From: a bacterium
GTDB lineage: Bacteria; Zhuqueibacterota; Zhuqueibacteria; Residuimicrobiales; Krinioviventaceae
Direction: 5' to 3'
Length of the DNA stretch: 64,000 bases
Assembly (NCBI GenBank): GCA_963674595.2
Contig: CAXXFV010000023.1
Coordinates: 480,001 to 544,000 of the forward strand
Below are positions 60,934 through 64,000 of the stretch, piece by piece. Each line of letters begins with the position of its first letter. Positions within the stretch are counted from its first letter, which is position 1. The notes under the pieces are model-generated. The model saw only the letters and a program-made list of their open reading frames with translations. It was not told the origin of the DNA and ran no database searches. The position numbers and the translations under genes are program-made.

Positions 60934-62808
60934 ATGAATTTAAAAAGCTGTGCTGATTTGCATGTCCATAGTAAATTTTCCCAAAACGCCGGTGATTGGC
61001 TTTTATCCAGTTTAGGGGTAAACGAGTGTTATACATCACCGATAGATGTTTACAATATGGCCAAAAAACGCGGAATGGATTATGTTACAATTACAGATCA
61101 TGATACCATTGACGGCGCCCTGGAACTGGCATTGATGGATGATTTTTTCATTAGTGAGGAAGTGACAACATTTTTTCCCGAGGATAAGGTTAAAGTCCAT
61201 GTTGTTGCCTTGTCTATTACCGAAGAACATCATCGCAACATTCAGAAATTGAGAAAAAATATTTACGAATTGGTCCAATATTTAAATCAGGAAAAGATTG
61301 TTCACTTTATTGCGCATCCGTTTTTTAGAATGAGTAAAGATTTGACCATGTTTCATTTTGAGAAACTGCTGTTAATGTTTAAAACTTTTGAAGTGCGCAA
61401 TGGTGGGAAACAACTTGTTCCCGATGATTTGCTGGATAAAGCTCTTGAAAATCTGTCGCAGGATCGGATAAATTATCTTGAAAATAAACATAACATGGCA
61501 GCAATCGGGAGCGATCCCTGGATAAAAGGTATGGTCGGCGGCAGCGATGATCACGGTGGTCTTACTATTGGCGATACACATACTGTTTGTCCGAAATCGG
61601 AAGATAAAAACCGGTTTTTGGAATTTATAAACAACAGACAAAGTATGGCCGGTGGAAAAGGCGGGAGTATGCTGACTGTGGCGCATACTATTTATTCGGT
61701 TACTTTTCATTCTATCCGAAACAGTGAGTATGATTTTGACACCATTGGGTCTGATATGATGTGGGCTGTGCTGGACCAGGTATTCGACAAGTCCGGCGAG
61801 AAAAATTCCATGACCCTGGCAAAAGCAGCATCTTTTTATTTGAATAGCAGGCTGCATCGGTTCGGATCAAAAAAGGATAATTCTTTATTTGAAATTCTTA
61901 ATAATCAGATCCAGGCGGTATTAAAAAAAGATTCGGATTTGTTGTCCCTTTTTAAACCGGATGAGCAGGTGGGCGATTATTGTCATGGCAAGTTGTTTCA
62001 GGTCATTGAGCAGATTATGAACACACTGCTGTCAACTTTTGATTTTGATGATTTGAAACAATCCAAAGAGGTAATGAATAATTTACAATTAATATTTAAA
62101 AAGCTGGCTGCCCTGGTTTTTCTCTTTGTGCCCTATGCTGTTGCGGGAAATACCGAATATCGTGACAGACATTTAATGAGATTAGCGTTTGAAAATTTTG
62201 CAAAGTTTAAAAACAATCATCATGCGGGAGTCGCTGTTTTTGCCGACGAGTCAGCAGGCCAATTAGTCGATTCAGGTTTGTTAAATGTCTTCTTAAAAGA
62301 GGAACAGATAAGTGACTCCCGCATTTCAATTTTTGGTTTATCAGATCAGGATTATGTCTCCTTGTATCATAAAAATTTTGCTCCTGTTGTTCATTATAAC
62401 ATGCCCTTTTTAAGCCCTGACCCTGTTGCTATTCCTCCGGTGCTTGATATTTTGTATTCAATGACACGCGGGGATTATGAGAAAATTTATATTCATTCTG
62501 CCGGTCCTATGGGCATTTTGGGTATTCTCATTGGTAAAATATTAAACATTCCAATTGTTGCCCGTTATCCTTTTCCTTTGGTCCTAAAAATATTGAAAGA
62601 CGCTGATGATTATAAAAAGGAACAAATGTTCAGGCATTTATTCACTGCAATGTATTCCAATGTTGATGAATTGCGTGTGCTAACGCCTGTTGCACAAGCA
62701 AGCGCCGAGTCTTTAAAAATCGATGAACGGAAAATTGTTATCATCAGCCAGACCTGTGATTTTTCGCCTTCTATTTCTAAGGAAGATCGGCTTTTAAAAC
62801 ATGAATAA
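60934..62808 (+). CDS. PHP-domain protein with a degenerate GT4-like C-terminal region
   Basis: DLHVHS, TDHD, H, AHP, GGSDDH PHP motifs; C-terminus (VAVFAD, IYIHSAGPMG) resembles a GT4 N-lobe only. Confidence 0.75.
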   Translation: MNLKSCADLHVHSKFSQNAGDWLLSSLGVNECYTSPIDVYNMAKKRGMDYVTITDHDTIDGALELALMDDFFISEEVTTFFPEDKVKVHVVALSITEEHHRNIQKLRKNIYELVQYLNQEKIVHFIAHPFFRMSKDLTMFHFEKLLLMFKTFEVRNGGKQLVPDDLLDKALENLSQDRINYLENKHNMAAIGSDPWIKGMVGGSDDHGGLTIGDTHTVCPKSEDKNRFLEFINNRQSMAGGKGGSMLTVAHTIYSVTFHSIRNSEYDFDTIGSDMMWAVLDQVFDKSGEKNSMTLAKAASFYLNSRLHRFGSKKDNSLFEILNNQIQAVLKKDSDLLSLFKPDEQVGDYCHGKLFQVIEQIMNTLLSTFDFDDLKQSKEVMNNLQLIFKKLAALVFLFVPYAVAGNTEYRDRHLMRLAFENFAKFKNNHHAGVAVFADESAGQLVDSGLLNVFLKEEQISDSRISIFGLSDQDYVSLYHKNFAPVVHYNMPFLSPDPVAIPPVLDILYSMTRGDYEKIYIHSAGPMGILGILIGKILNIPIVARYPFPLVLKILKDADDYKKEQMFRHLFTAMYSNVDELRVLTPVAQASAESLKIDERKIVIISQTCDFSPSISKEDRLLKHE

Positions 62809-62825
62809 TTCCTGCAGGAATCAAT

Positions 62826-63995
62826 ATGTATGGATTTAAAGTTTGCGATCTTGCGCAAGCCTATACAACAAAAAGCGGGGGAATACGGACCTATATTCTG
62901 GAAAAACAAAAATTTTTAAATAAAAATGGTCTTGAACACATACTCATTATTCCCGGCGAAACTGATTCTCTGACGATTGATCATCTTTGCAAAGTTTATA
63001 CAATCGCTTCGCCCTCGGTCCCCGGATGCGAACCCTATCGTTTTATTTTACGGCTGGACAAGGTTTATCAAATTTTGCAAAAGGAAAGACCGGATATAAT
63101 AGAGTGCGGCAGTGGTTATTTATTACCTTATGCTGCTTTTGCTTACAGACATCGAAATCCTTGTTCTGTTTTTGGATTTTATCATACCGATTTCCCATCT
63201 GCTTATGTGCAGCCGTTTTTGGAAAAAAAGATCGGCCAAACCGCCGGAAAGGTTGGCCTGAAAATAGCAGGTGCTTATGCACGTTTTATTTATAATCATT
63301 GTGATGTAACCATAACGTCATCCACCCAGTTGGAGCAGAAATTATATCATTCCGGTGTTAAAAACGTCAGACGTGTGTTTTTGGGTGTTGATACGGAGCT
63401 GTTTAATCCGGTGAAACGTAATCCCTGTATCCGGCAAAGGCTGGGTGTGAAACAGGATCAATTATTGTTTATTTATCACGGACGGCTGGATAGTGAAAAA
63501 AGAATACCCCTGTTATTAAAAGCTTTTAACAAAGTGTGTGACGAACTTGACTGCTTTCTTTTGGTGTTGGGAGAAGGCCCTTATAAAGACTGGATTTTGG
63601 ATTGTTGTCAGGAAAATTCAAAAATTATATTCATGTCCTATGAAAGCAATCGAAATAAAATGGCTGAACTGTTGGCTTCGGCAGATATTTATATCACTGC
63701 CGGGCCTCATGAGACTTTTGGTTTGTCTGTATTAGAGGCACAGGCCAGCGGACTTGCTGTGGCCGGTGTCTATGCCGGTGCGCTTGTCGAACGGGTGCCG
63801 GACCATGTCGGTTTGTTGGCCGAACCGGATTCGATAGAGTCTATGGCCGGCACCATTTTTGACCTTTCTACGAACGGTTTTCGTGCAAAGGGCCAAAATG
63901 CCCGCAAGCTGGTGGAAGATAAATATTCATGGGAAAAAACTTTTCAACAGATTTTAAATTTATATCAGGAAAAATTTCGTGCTTGCAAAATTTAA
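62826..63995 (+). CDS. GT4 glycosyltransferase
   Basis: SGGIRTY, FYHTDF, GRLDSEK, HETFGLSVLEAQASG. Confidence 0.92.
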   Translation: MYGFKVCDLAQAYTTKSGGIRTYILEKQKFLNKNGLEHILIIPGETDSLTIDHLCKVYTIASPSVPGCEPYRFILRLDKVYQILQKERPDIIECGSGYLLPYAAFAYRHRNPCSVFGFYHTDFPSAYVQPFLEKKIGQTAGKVGLKIAGAYARFIYNHCDVTITSSTQLEQKLYHSGVKNVRRVFLGVDTELFNPVKRNPCIRQRLGVKQDQLLFIYHGRLDSEKRIPLLLKAFNKVCDELDCFLLVLGEGPYKDWILDCCQENSKIIFMSYESNRNKMAELLASADIYITAGPHETFGLSVLEAQASGLAVAGVYAGALVERVPDHVGLLAEPDSIESMAGTIFDLSTNGFRAKGQNARKLVEDKYSWEKTFQQILNLYQEKFRACKI

Positions 63996-64000
63996 TCATC

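Noticed and set aside
2001-63735. Numerous short ORFs nested in or antisense to long genes
   Set aside because: No RBS or recognisable motifs, and they overlap well-supported CDSs.

Overview
This is a chromosomal window from an AT-rich Gram-negative bacterium. Secreted proteins with NYPNPFN-type C-terminal sorting domains, Shine-Dalgarno motifs and canonical TTG-N17-TA promoters suggest an FCB-related lineage such as KSB1 or Calditrichota rather than Bacteroidota; that assignment is inference. I found no rRNA, tRNA, CRISPR array, integrase or transposase. About 50 CDSs are supported, including a partial TonB-dependent receptor at the left edge that the ORF track missed. The strongest candidate for an undescribed system is at 27.9-37.9 kb: a membrane-anchored CHASE2/sigma54 activator, then a palindromic upstream site and a -24/-12 promoter. 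These precede an operon of two paralogous outer-membrane barrels (one fused to a transglutaminase-like Cys-protease domain), a FecR-TPR protein, a DUF4097 lipoprotein, a TonB receptor and a DUF4249 lipoprotein. Other notable items: (1) an ECF sigma/anti-sigma/Spy-like triad with a repeated CGCAAG-N16-CGTCT promoter that also precedes a large DUF1566-arylsulfotransferase secreted protein; (2) a eukaryote GALK2-like sugar kinase next to a LacI regulon with visible operators; (3) a low-GC beta-propeller gene bracketed by two decayed copies of a small membrane gene; (4) an unannotated leader ORF overlapping rsgA; (5) a RHH/PemK toxin-antitoxin pair with its operator; (6) a 48-bp REP-like tandem repeat; (7) a PAP2/glycosyltransferase operon with 11-bp-phased regulator boxes. 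All family assignments come from motif recognition by eye, not database searches.
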